Positions 13,605 to 23,372 of a stretch of 64,000 nt of DNA are shown piece after piece. The DNA lies in assembly GCA_963752155.1 (NCBI GenBank), contig CAVVXH010000007.1, positions 1-64,000 of the forward strand, written 5' to 3'. Positions within the stretch are counted from its first letter, which is position 1, and each line of letters begins with the position of its first letter. The notes under the pieces were generated by a model. That model made no database searches, was not told where the DNA came from, and was given only the letters and a program-made list of their open reading frames with translations. A program made the translations under genes and the position numbers. The DNA comes from an uncultured Parachlamydiaceae bacterium (GTDB taxonomy: Bacteria; Chlamydiota; Chlamydiia; Chlamydiales; Parachlamydiaceae).

Positions 13605-13637
13605 AGCAATACGACGCTGACGAAGCATAGTATTGCT
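13605..13637. other. Degraded ONT ligation adapter at the palindrome axis
   Basis: AGCAATACG-ACGCTGA-CGAAG resembles the adapter bottom strand GCAATACGTAACTGAACGAAGT. It is followed by GTATTGCT, the 3' end of the top strand. Confidence 0.85.
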
Positions 13638-14292
13638 GACGGTGCTCCATTCGGTCTATGATAATATTCTTTATAAAGATATCATTGTCAGATATCAAAT
13701 CAAGGCTGTCAAGGCCTTGAGAGAGCTTGCTTTATATTTGATGAGTAATGTCGGGGCGCTCATTTCCTATTCCAATTTGAAAAATATGCTTCAGCTTGGA
13801 AGCGTTAATACAGTAAAAGATTTTATTCATTATTTAGAAAATGCGTTTCTCATTTTTACTGTTGATAAGTTTTCTTTTTCTGTTGGAGAACAGACTACAG
13901 CGCAGAAAAAAGTATATGCCGTTGACACTGGTTTGATAAGGCAAATTGCTTTCCGATTTTCCCAAAATCGTGGAAAGTACCTAGAGAATGTGGTGTATCT
14001 GGAACTTCGACGTCGCTATAAAGATATATTTTATTACCGAACAAAAGGAAATCTAGAAGTTGATTTTTTGGTTAGAAAAGGATTGCAGATTGATCTCTTG
14101 ATACAAGTTTCTGAAAGTTTATCTGATCTGAAAACTAGAGAACGTGAACTAACAGCTCTTAATTTAGCTATGAAGGAGTTAAAGCATACAAGTGCTTTTA
14201 TTATAACTCTAGATGAAGAAGAATTTATCTCTATGGAGTTTGGTAGAGTTGAAGTGATTTCTATTTATAAATGGCTTTTACAGGATCAATAA
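13638..14292 (+). CDS. AAA_14/DUF4143-type ATP-binding protein, 5'-truncated at the palindrome axis
   Basis: KKVYAVDTGL, LENVVYLELRR, YYRT...EVDF motifs; no Walker A in view. Confidence 0.8.
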
Positions 14293-14375
14293 GTCGAGCT
14301 TGGCAAAAAAATCGTAAATCAGTACTTTCGTAAATAAGCCTCTACCCCAAAATGTTGATCAATATAAGGTAATTT

Positions 14376-15350
14376 ATGAAAGCAATTCAAATGTCTCAGT
14401 ATGGTGGTCCTGAAGTCTTAAAAATTTCCGATGTTCAAATAGGTAAACCCGGTCCCGGTCAAGCTTTACTCCGTTTAGAGGCTGCTGGAGTTAACTTTAT
14501 TGATGTCTACCAGCGCAACGGATTTTATAAAGTTAAACTTCCCTACACTCCGGGATTGGAAGGCGCTGGAGTGGTTGAAGCCATCGGCGAGGGTGTGAGT
14601 CACGTAAAACCCGGTGATCGTGTTGCATATGTGCACGAACCCGGTTCCTATGCTGAACAAAGTTTGATTACAGCAGATCATTTAATTCCTCTTCCAAACG
14701 ATTTTTCTTTTGAGCAGGGCGCAGCATTTCCTTTACAGGGTATGACAGCCCATTATTTGCTCCACGAATTTCGAAAGATAAAATCTAGTGATATCGTTTT
14801 AATTCATGCAGCAGCCGGAGGAATGGGTCTTTTATTAGTCCAATGGGCAAAGCATTTAGGCGCTAAAGTGTTCGGGACTGTTTCGACCGAAGAAAAAGCA
14901 AAGATCGCTAAAGACGCGGGAGCCGATGAAGTGATCCTTTATACTAAACAAGATTTTGTAAAAGAAATAAAGCGTTTAACCAATGATCATGGAGCCGATT
15001 TAATCATCGATGGGGTAGGGAAAACAACTTTTCCGGGCAATTTGCAGGCAGCTGCGCTCCGTGGAAATATCGTGATCTTTGGGGCTGCAAGTGGTCCTGC
15101 AGACCCTATCGTTCCGAATAGCTTGATGATTCATTCCTTATCAATTTCTGGAGGATCGTTATTTAATTACCTTTTGAACACAGAAGAGCTGATGATGCGT
15201 GCAAAGGCTGTGATGGAGGGAATTGAGAAAGGTTGGTTGAAACTGCGCATTGATCATACTTTTCCGCTTGAAAAAGCCTCAGAAGCACATCAACAGTTGG
15301 AAAATAGAAAAACAGCCGGTAAGATTATATTGAAAATAGGTAAAAATTAA
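14376..15350 (+). CDS. qor: NADPH:quinone oxidoreductase (zeta-crystallin/MDR family)
   Basis: GVNFIDVYQRNG, PGLEGAG, HAAAGGMG, GKIIL motifs; AAGG RBS. Confidence 0.92.
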   Translation: MKAIQMSQYGGPEVLKISDVQIGKPGPGQALLRLEAAGVNFIDVYQRNGFYKVKLPYTPGLEGAGVVEAIGEGVSHVKPGDRVAYVHEPGSYAEQSLITADHLIPLPNDFSFEQGAAFPLQGMTAHYLLHEFRKIKSSDIVLIHAAAGGMGLLLVQWAKHLGAKVFGTVSTEEKAKIAKDAGADEVILYTKQDFVKEIKRLTNDHGADLIIDGVGKTTFPGNLQAAALRGNIVIFGAASGPADPIVPNSLMIHSLSISGGSLFNYLLNTEELMMRAKAVMEGIEKGWLKLRIDHTFPLEKASEAHQQLENRKTAGKIILKIGKN

Positions 15351-15365
15351 TTGGTTGTTAATATT

Positions 15366-15422
15366 CTAGAAACGGCAGTTGAAGATGATAAATTGACGCA
15401 ATTCTTGAACTGCCGTTTCTAG
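15366..15422. terminator. Long hairpin between convergent qor and ABC genes
   Basis: tagaaacggcagttgaaga ... tcttgaactgccgtttcta. Confidence 0.6.
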
Positions 15423-15424
15423 GA

Positions 15425-16249
15425 TTATAAGTGGGAGATGGTGTTCCGAGTTTGTTTTACATGGGAATAGTCTCCAGTTTCTTTTAACGAACTCCCTGTA
15501 TGCATAATGAAGACGTCATCGAGAGTAGCTTTAGGACCTAATGCGGCTTTTAGATTATGGGGAGTGTCCATCACAATGATTCGCCCCAAATGCATGAGTG
15601 CTACGGTGTTGCAGAGATGGTCTGCTTCGTCCATATCGTGCGTGGTCATGAGAATCGTGGTCCCTTTTTTTTCACTTAGTTCATGAATATGTTTCCATAA
15701 TTGCTTACGCGCTGCAGGATCTAGTCCGACAGTTGGTTCGTCTAAAAATAGGACATTCGGTTCGTGAATTAACGCTTGAGCAATTTCTAGGCGCCGGATC
15801 ATTCCTCCGGAATAGCTGTTAGTCAATTGATCGCTGAATTTGCTTAGATTCATGAATTCTAAGATTTCAAGAATCTTTTCCTGTCTATGTTCACGAGGAA
15901 GCCCATAGAGTTTAGAGGATAACAATAGATTTTCATATCCTGTGAGTTCTCCATCTGCAGAGAGTAATTGTGGAACATACCCAATATTTTGACGCACTAG
16001 GGAAGGTTCTCGAATGAGGTTATAGCCGCTTATAAAAGCATTTCCTGATGTCACAGGCAAAAGAGTTGTGAGCATTTTAACTGTGGTGCTTTTGCCTGCT
16101 CCATTAGGCCCGATGAGCCCAAAGGTATTACCAGACTTAACATTAAAAGAGACCTTATCAACGGCCAAACAGGAGTCATAGCGATGGCTTAATTCAATCA
16201 CTTCAATAGCTGATTCGGAAGAGCGTTGAGGGGCAGGGGAATTTGACAT
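15425..16249 (-). CDS. ABC transporter ATP-binding protein (DrrA/NodI-like)
   Basis: Walker [15 protein letters not shown] signature, LFLDEPT, H-loop. Confidence 0.92.
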   Translation of the reverse strand: MSNSPAPQRSSESAIEVIELSHRYDSCLAVDKVSFNVKSGNTFGLIGPNGAGKSTTVKMLTTLLPVTSGNAFISGYNLIREPSLVRQNIGYVPQLLSADGELTGYENLLLSSKLYGLPREHRQEKILEILEFMNLSKFSDQLTNSYSGGMIRRLEIAQALIHEPNVLFLDEPTVGLDPAARKQLWKHIHELSEKKGTTILMTTHDMDEADHLCNTVALMHLGRIIVMDTPHNLKAALGPKATLDDVFIMHTGSSLKETGDYSHVKQTRNTISHL

Positions 16250-16328
16250 ATTATCTTAATACTTAAAGGAAAATGAATAGAACACCCATAGCAATGGATG
16301 CTATGGGTTAAGAAGTGAAGTTGTTTTC

Positions 16329-16763
16329 TTAGTGATTATGGACCTTTGTCAATTGTTCATGACTGATACTATCTCCACCCCGGTTAATCCAAGGGCCTTC
16401 TAAAATTAACTTATGATGATGATGTTCTTTATCACCTTCTTCAATTCGATAGAGCTGTACACCATTGTAGGTAGGATCCTCATTTCCTGTGAAATCAAAA
16501 GCGATGTAGTCATGTTTTCTTAGGCCGATGCCACTAATTGATTGAAAATCTGAATAATGCCATTCGATGATGTAATAATCATCTGGGTGAGTATCGGGTG
16601 CAACCGAGGTTGCCTTATATCGATTAATTTCAGCCCATCCTTCATATTGTGGAGGGGAACTAGTTGTGTCGTAGCCGTTTACACGATAATGACCGGTTAG
16701 GTTTTCTGCAAACATGGCTCCTGGAAGCATTAGAAGCCCAAGGAAAAGATGACGTAAGTTCAT
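16329..16763 (-). CDS. Secreted hypothetical protein
   Basis: AGGAG RBS; signal peptide MNLRHLFLGLLMLPGAMFA. Confidence 0.7.
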   Translation of the reverse strand: MNLRHLFLGLLMLPGAMFAENLTGHYRVNGYDTTSSPPQYEGWAEINRYKATSVAPDTHPDDYYIIEWHYSDFQSISGIGLRKHDYIAFDFTGNEDPTYNGVQLYRIEEGDKEHHHHKLILEGPWINRGGDSISHEQLTKVHNH

Positions 16764-16977
16764 AAGAGTACTCCTTTTGAAAGGTATTGAAGACATACCA
16801 ATATATATATCAAATAAAAATATTTTGTTCAATATTTTAATAAGTTTTATAGAAAAATGCCCCGCTTTGAAATCGAAACAGTTAAAAATTGCGCAAATTG
16901 TAGCTCATCATTCCGATTATGCTTTTGAATCAATCTTTTTTGAAAGTTAGAACCAAGAGGCTCTAATCATGAAAATA

Positions 16978-17079
16978 GCCTTGCCATTGGTGCCTGACCT
17001 GATATTCTGAAATTTGCCTAAATGAAAACAAGATCTCTTAAAAGTGCTAATGTCAGAATGTCAGGTCTGGAACCAAGGC
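16978..17079. mobile_element. GCCTTG-ended ~100-bp palindromic element (MITE/REP-like)
   Basis: gccttgccattggtgcctgacctgatattctga...tcagaatgtcaggtctggaaccaaggc, flanked by TA on both sides. Confidence 0.75.
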
Positions 17080-17110
17080 TAAGGCGGTGATAGGCCAGGC
17101 CACTCCAAGT

Positions 17111-17989
17111 TTATGACCGAGCCTGGTGCTGTCTAAGAATTTCTAACCGTTGTGGATCGACTTTAACAGAAATTAACTTATGCGTAGAGATTTGTACTTT
17201 GCCACAATTTTTGGGCCCTTTTCCGAAGCGAGAAACATGCTTTCTTTGAGTAATAACGACATCTGCCCATTGCAATGATTTAGCTTTACTATAGTAAATA
17301 GCTAGCTGTAAGGCATCTTGCAAAGTTTGTTCATCTGGATTATTTCCTTTTTCAGCTTTGATGATGACGTGAGAACCCGCATATCCATGCACATGCAGCC
17401 AGAAATCTAACCCATGTGCAAGAGTAAAGGTGAGGGTTTCATTATCTTTAGCTTTTTTTCCTACCCAGATACGTAAGCCTGATTGACTCAAAAATTCTCG
17501 GTAGGGTAAAGATTTTTCAGTTTTTTTGGAGACTTGTTTTGTTTCGGAAGAAATAAAGTTTTTACGAAAAGCGATAAGAGGTGAAATTTCGAGGATAGAA
17601 CTTAATGTTTCTATTTGTTCCAGAAGTTGATTTCTAAAAGTCGTTGCTTTAGCTATTTCGATTTTAAGTCTGGGGAGGGCAGTTTGTTGCCGTTTGCTTT
17701 GATGGATGCGTCGAGCGATCTCATTTTGACGATTAAATGGAGCTGAAAGTATAATTTCTTTCTTTTGATTTTCATTTTCCCAATCCTCTACAATAAGAGT
17801 AAGAGCCTTTTCATCCCACATGTATAGATTGGCTTGCAATAAAATTCCTTCGTGATGCAATTCAGGCCATTTTTGACATTGAAGAAGAGCTGATTCTAAG
17901 GAACGTAATTTCTTATTAGCATTTTTTAAACGTCTTTGTAGTTCATCTAACAACATTTTCTTTTCAATGTTGAAATCTTCAGTTTCCAT
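17111..17989 (-). CDS. NFACT RNA-binding (DUF814) domain protein
   Basis: N-terminal coiled coil, then IWVGKKAKDNETLT, DFWLHVHGYAGSHVII, ALQLAIYYSK. Confidence 0.85.
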   Translation of the reverse strand: METEDFNIEKKMLLDELQRRLKNANKKLRSLESALLQCQKWPELHHEGILLQANLYMWDEKALTLIVEDWENENQKKEIILSAPFNRQNEIARRIHQSKRQQTALPRLKIEIAKATTFRNQLLEQIETLSSILEISPLIAFRKNFISSETKQVSKKTEKSLPYREFLSQSGLRIWVGKKAKDNETLTFTLAHGLDFWLHVHGYAGSHVIIKAEKGNNPDEQTLQDALQLAIYYSKAKSLQWADVVITQRKHVSRFGKGPKNCGKVQISTHKLISVKVDPQRLEILRQHQARS

Positions 17990-18458
17990 GTTCGATTTCC
18001 TCTGGATAGGATCCAAACTTTTCTTCTAATTTAGAACGGCGATATGAGAAAATGGTTTCTAAATCATTTTGAACTTTTATGTAGTGGAAAATTTTACCTA
18101 AAGGGCCGTAAGGCAATTTGTAATAAACGAGGTCGATCATTTCTACACCATTGGGAATTGAATTAAATCGGTGTTCATGATGCCAAAATTTGTAAGGTCC
18201 TAAACGTTGCTCGTCAATAAAATAATGGGGTTCTTGGACATGGGTTATTTCTGTGATCCATTCTAGAGGGAAATTCCAAATTGGACGTATGACGTGAACG
18301 ATGATTTGTCCCGCATACATTTTTTCCTTATTTCCCTGTGTGATATCGAAGCTAAGGTGCTCTGGTGTTATTGTTTTCAAATTGTCAGGTTGTGAAAAAA
18401 AATTCCAAGATTCCTGTAATGATATGGGCAATTTTTGCTTATATTCCAGACGATACAT
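17979..18458 (-). CDS. SRPBCC (START-like) family protein
   Basis: WNFFSQPDNLKTITP, FIDEQRLGPYKFWHHEHRF. Confidence 0.88.
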   Translation of the reverse strand: MYRLEYKQKLPISLQESWNFFSQPDNLKTITPEHLSFDITQGNKEKMYAGQIIVHVIRPIWNFPLEWITEITHVQEPHYFIDEQRLGPYKFWHHEHRFNSIPNGVEMIDLVYYKLPYGPLGKIFHYIKVQNDLETIFSYRRSKLEEKFGSYPEEIEHGN

Positions 18459-18851
18459 ATCTTTCTCCTTCAATTGTTTTTAGAAATCGAGTCAATGAGT
18501 TCCTTTGATTTTATAAAGAGTGGACCATCCTGTATTTAAGATATCTCTAAATATCTTTCCAGATATTTGTTTAAAAACAACCGGGAAATGTATTCTCTCA
18601 TACGTTACTACTGCTTCTTTTCATTTTTTCTCATTAAATAAATATCATTGGCAGATCGATTCGTCCTATTTTTATTGACCGAACATTTTGTCGATATATG
18701 TTAAAAATTTGTTTCTGAAATTTCCGGTTAATCTCTTTGATATTTTGAAGAGGTATTTTGATTGTATGAAATATAGTTTTTCGATATAATTAAGGGATGA
18801 CTTCACAAAAATCTAAAAATCATAAATTAAAGATATAAAAAAGGAACTAAT

Positions 18852-19880
18852 ATGGAGTCCATTGATTTTTTTAGTCCGGTATATGTCCGGGATCCAATAA
18901 ATGAAACCTCAAGAGTTACTCAGAAGCCCTCTATTTGGCAAAAATATGTTGTTAACAGTGTAGAATTTATTTTTAATTTTGGAGATAATGCTTACATCGC
19001 AACACCAGAAAATCTAAATGGTCCTCGCCTAGTTGAACGTTTGCCTAAAAAAAGTCCCCTTTCTTGGAAAGTATTGCAGGGAATTTCACTTTTTGCTGTC
19101 ACTCTCATTTTCCCTGTAGGCATTCTTTTATTTGGAGTTAAAATTTCACATCACTGGAAAGGCTTACAAACTTTACCAAAATTAAAACAAATTCCTAAAA
19201 TCCGTTATTTATTCGATATATTTAATGAGTGCACCGGCGAAAAATATGCGGGTTATGAGGGTCAAATCCTTAGAAGTTTATCTCGCGTTCGTGAAACACT
19301 CATCAAAGAAAAAAAATCCATCGCTAAATCTGTTGGAGGAACCATTGCCCTTATGGTTGACGTTACACACATCGATAAAGGGACAGATCCGGATTACAAA
19401 CGTACACTCAAAACAAAAACTATTGTTGCATTGATTTTTAATCCTAATGATCAATGGCAAATCCATCGAATGGGATGCGAGAAGCTGATTATCGAAGTGC
19501 CAGTGTCGCTGGAGAATGCTAAAGAAGAAGTGGACGAGGAGAAGGGGTTTTATGCCGAGAATGGGATCGAAAAACATTGCGAACCCGAATTGACCAAAGA
19601 ACACACTCTGGAATTATTTTCTTCTTTCTTAGGGCTCGATACTTCTAAACTGACACGAGAAAAAGCCAAGATTTTTATAGAAACTGAAGAGCACGATAAA
19701 CTACCGAAAGAAGATGTAAATTCTTTGCACTGGGTTCTGCTTAGACTATTAGCAGGCAAAAATGTAAAATTATCAGAATTTTCGGTTCATTCATTATTCT
19801 GGACCAATGATAAAATTCCACAAGCTCCAGGCTATTGGGATATTCGTCTAACAAGTTTTGACGGTAAAAGAGAAGAGTGA
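18852..19880 (+). CDS. DUF648-like chlamydial protein with bilobed hydrophobic segment (candidate Inc/T3SS substrate)
   Basis: N-terminal IDFFSPV, VEFIFNFG; hydrophobic KVLQGISLFAVTLIFPVGILLFGVK. Confidence 0.6.
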   Translation: MESIDFFSPVYVRDPINETSRVTQKPSIWQKYVVNSVEFIFNFGDNAYIATPENLNGPRLVERLPKKSPLSWKVLQGISLFAVTLIFPVGILLFGVKISHHWKGLQTLPKLKQIPKIRYLFDIFNECTGEKYAGYEGQILRSLSRVRETLIKEKKSIAKSVGGTIALMVDVTHIDKGTDPDYKRTLKTKTIVALIFNPNDQWQIHRMGCEKLIIEVPVSLENAKEEVDEEKGFYAENGIEKHCEPELTKEHTLELFSSFLGLDTSKLTREKAKIFIETEEHDKLPKEDVNSLHWVLLRLLAGKNVKLSEFSVHSLFWTNDKIPQAPGYWDIRLTSFDGKREE

Positions 19881-19989
19881 GAGTGAACTGTAGCTTATCA
19901 TTCCGATGTTGAGTGCAGCCACGTAGCCTCTAGGCATTCCAGACATCTGTGTAAAGCGTAATCATAATGAGAAGCAAATTCTAGGATGA

Positions 19990-20208
19990 GCCTTGGTTCC
20001 GGATCCAAAATATGTGACTTCTAATTAAGTATGCACCCCTGATTATAACATTTAAAGACTTTTTGGATGTTATAATCAAGGGTGCATACTTAATTAGAAG
20101 TCACATATTTTGGATCCGGAAATGGGGGAGGAAGAAATGGCAAGCTTTTGGTCGAAAAACGTCGTTTTGTTTCTCCCCATGCCTGACCTGATATTCTGAC
20201 ATTTGCCC
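19990..20208. mobile_element. Palindromic element with GCCTTG-family ends and a different long internal hairpin, plus an adjacent half element
   Basis: gccttggttcc-ggatccaaaatatgtgac...gtcacatattttggatccgg...aatggcaagc. Confidence 0.65.
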
Positions 20209-20220
20209 TTCGAGGAGTTT

Positions 20221-20530
20221 CCTAAATTCATTTTAAGGATGAACTCAACTTTAGCAATTTCAAATAAAGCTTCAGCTTTTGTGTGATCTTCAATAATTAA
20301 TGAAACAGTATTTTTAGCTTCAGTAAGATCATGATCAGGATCAACTTTAGCAATTTCAAGGAACGCTTTAACTCGCGTTAAAGGACCTCTAACGACTCTA
20401 GCCGCCTTTCTAGCTTCCGTGAGGTCATGATTAGGGTCAATTTTAGCAATTTTAAGTTGAACGTTCGCTTTATTTCCACTATGAGAAATGGTCGGAGCAA
20501 CCTTTTTCTTTTCTCTGCGTTGAAAGTGCT
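20221..20530 (-). pseudogene. TPR-like repeat protein remnant
   Basis: KIAKIDPNHDLTEAR / EIAKVDPDHDLTEAK / EIAKVE repeats about 32 aa apart; no start codon. Confidence 0.5.
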
Positions 20531-21299
20531 GCTAGAATTAGATGTGGCAAATGTATTTATCACAGCTATAAGTAGAGCTAAAGAATTTAAGCTTGCACTT
20601 TCAAGGTGGCATGTGCGTGGTCTTTCAGAAAAAGAATTAAATGATATCGAGAGAATAAGTCAAATACCTAGTGCAATTGAAAGAAGACAATTTATTGCAT
20701 ATAGATTTGGATTCTAAGTCTTCAGATCCTGGGGTTAGCTACAAGCTCTCCAAAAGTTTTAGGGGAATCGAGAGCTAATATTTGTTCCTCTATGTCACCA
20801 TCTTCTTTGGTGATTTCTCTCTTAACACTTTTGGGAATCCAGGTCACACACTGAATCTTATGGCTTATAAGAGCCCAGCGTGGAAGTTGCGGACAGGGAA
20901 ATGTTTATTAGATCTGATTTGTCATGCAAAAAAATACGTGACAATTCAAATATGTTAGGCTCTGAATTGATGTAATCATTACAATCTCCTTTATAAATGA
21001 AAGAATATTTGCAAGCGCAACTCCTCATAAAATGGAGGTTGCGTTTATTCTTGTAGATGAACATTCATCTGCGAATCATTATAGGGAATTGAATAATTAA
21101 AATGAAATAGAGATGTTTGTAAATGGGACAGAAAAATCTTTAATGAACAACAGCATACATTCTATCTTGTCTGACAGGCGATTTAAGGATCTAGAGAATT
21201 GTGGATTTATTTTAAGCTTTCTCCCTCATGGTCATCATGAGAAAGGAGTGTATTATAAAGGTCAGGCACCAATGGCAAGGAGCTTTAAAATTTAGGAAA

Positions 21300-21394
21300 T
21301 TCTAAAGAAACATCAGAAATTTATTTAACTTTGATTCAATAATGATATCTACAAGAGATAATGGTTAAAATATTATTGTTGTAGGAGTAAACTT
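21300..21394 (-). pseudogene. Duplicated 3' end of yoeB
   Basis: Near-identical to 31912-31995. Confidence 0.75.
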
Positions 21395-21588
21395 CAATAA
21401 ATAGAAAGATCAAAAAAAACAGAATGATATGATGAGCTACAATAGGTTTTTTTTCTATGATCGTTTTAATTAAGAGGCCCATAGCGTAGCCTTGAAGGGG
21501 AAGCTATGGGTTATACGAATGGCTCTTCATTCGGAGCTAGTGATCTTTTGCATAAAAATTAAAAAATTTAAATGAAACGAAAACTTTC

Positions 21589-22231
21589 CTAATTATATTC
21601 CTGGCCCGGTTCCGGAAAAGGGGAAGAAATCTCAAAGGTGGGTTTTCTTGTTTCTATTTCGTCGTTAGCCTTTGCTTTCAAAAATTGATCTTTCATAAGA
21701 TCTCTTACATCTAGAGAGGCGTCTAGCTCACTACAAGAAAGTTTCTTATTTTCAGGTAACGCTTTAATAATAGTCAAGCAAGCAATTGATTGCCAAAAAG
21801 GATCTTTTATCTTTTTTATTTTGGGACAATCGTCATTGATGGATAAATTCATTTTTATTTTTGGAATAGATTTTTCTATAGAGGCCAATAATTTAAAATC
21901 AGTAAGACTTTCAGGTAGTATAGGTTCAACCCCATTTCCAACAGGCATAAAAAAGTTATCATGAAATTCAGGGTTCTTAGCTACAAAAGATCTGGTAAAT
22001 AATTGTAAATATTTAGGCGAACATTCAATCGATTCATTAACACCAATTTTCTTCTAATCTTTACAAACTTCTATAACGCTGGATAGATCAACATTACTTA
22101 AATGTGAAAAAATATTTAATAACATATCTTATTTTAAATCTTTTACTGGATCTTCAGTTAAGGTTTTTTGATCAAAAATTTAATAACGAATCTCATTAAA
22201 AAAACAGTTCACATTGTTGCATAAAATTCAT
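21589..22231 (-). pseudogene. F-box protein pseudogene
   Basis: F-box consensus (DMLLNIFSHL..DL..V..VCKD*); stops present in both arms. Confidence 0.6.
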
Positions 22232-22592
22232 AAAAAATCCTTCTTAATTGGTTGAAAGCAAAATGGCATATGGGCAAATAATATATAAAGGCTATTTTAT
22301 CAATGAGAGATTATATAGCAATATTGTTCTTTCATTTTTCTTTCATTATTGGAAAAATTCTTCATAAATTTATTCACCTCAGACCCTGGCACAAAATTTG
22401 CACTATAAGAAATAATTTGTACAGTGGGGGACGAAGCAATCCTAGAAAATATTTACCTCATAAAAGAGAAAGTCAAATTTTTGGTGTTGCTAATTTTGTG
22501 TTTATTTATGTTACAATAAAAATTAGGTGGCGAATACTCGACTTTAAGTATACGCTATTATTTATTAATTTAATTTTGAAAGGAGGACTAAA

Positions 22593-23138
22593 ATGGACGG
22601 ATTAAATAGTGGAATAAATAGTCGAATAGGCGCGGAGGAAACGTTTCTTACATCAAACTCTTTAGTTGATCCTTCTTTATCTGTTCACGATTGTGCAACT
22701 AAAATAGTAGAGGCAACAGAGGAAGCTTTCAAATCTCTAGAGAACGATGTTAATAGGTTTCCAGAAAAACAGCGGGACTTTCTTCGTGATCATCTTCGTG
22801 ACCATCTTCGCGACGTAGCTCATCATTGCATAAGAATTGTAGGTGAACTACAATTAGAGGAACAACTTCCAGATTCAGAAACGATTGTCGACAAATATAA
22901 CGAGATAATTGGGAAGATATCTAAACGCTTAGGATTGCCCAGCGATTTTGATGGTATTCCAATGAGATATCAAGACGGTTTCTTTGAGTCGCTTGCTGAG
23001 ACTCCTTTTATAGAGGATGCAGATGACCCTTTTATACTTGCATCGCGCACATTAATAACAAATGCGATAGATGCTGAGGACGTTAGTGAAGAAGATATTC
23101 GCAGAGAAATGTTCGGTATGAATGATGGGAGAAAATGA
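22593..23138 (+). CDS. Hypothetical acidic protein with LRDH tandem repeat
   Basis: GGAGG RBS; 181-aa ORF; hairpin ccgggg...ccccgg downstream. Confidence 0.7.
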   Translation: MDGLNSGINSRIGAEETFLTSNSLVDPSLSVHDCATKIVEATEEAFKSLENDVNRFPEKQRDFLRDHLRDHLRDVAHHCIRIVGELQLEEQLPDSETIVDKYNEIIGKISKRLGLPSDFDGIPMRYQDGFFESLAETPFIEDADDPFILASRTLITNAIDAEDVSEEDIRREMFGMNDGRK

Positions 23139-23372
23139 TTTAGTCTTATTCAGCGCCGGGGTTTAAATTCTAAAAACCCCGGTATTCTAAATTCCGTACA
23201 TACAGATCTACAACTTGACTACAAGGTGATAGTCGTCGTCTCGCTACTTTTAGGAATTGTAGTGACTTCGAAGCCTCCTAATAAACCTCGTGCAAAAAAA
23301 TTAGGTGCAGTGTATCAAAAAATTAATGTTTGGCACATTTAGAATTTTTATCACTGTTAAAAGGGGATTGGC

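Noticed and set aside
13590..13650. Hairpin telomere of a linear replicon, or a real palindromic amplification
   Set aside because: The loop matches the ONT adapter, the axis cuts a gene, and no protelomerase is in view
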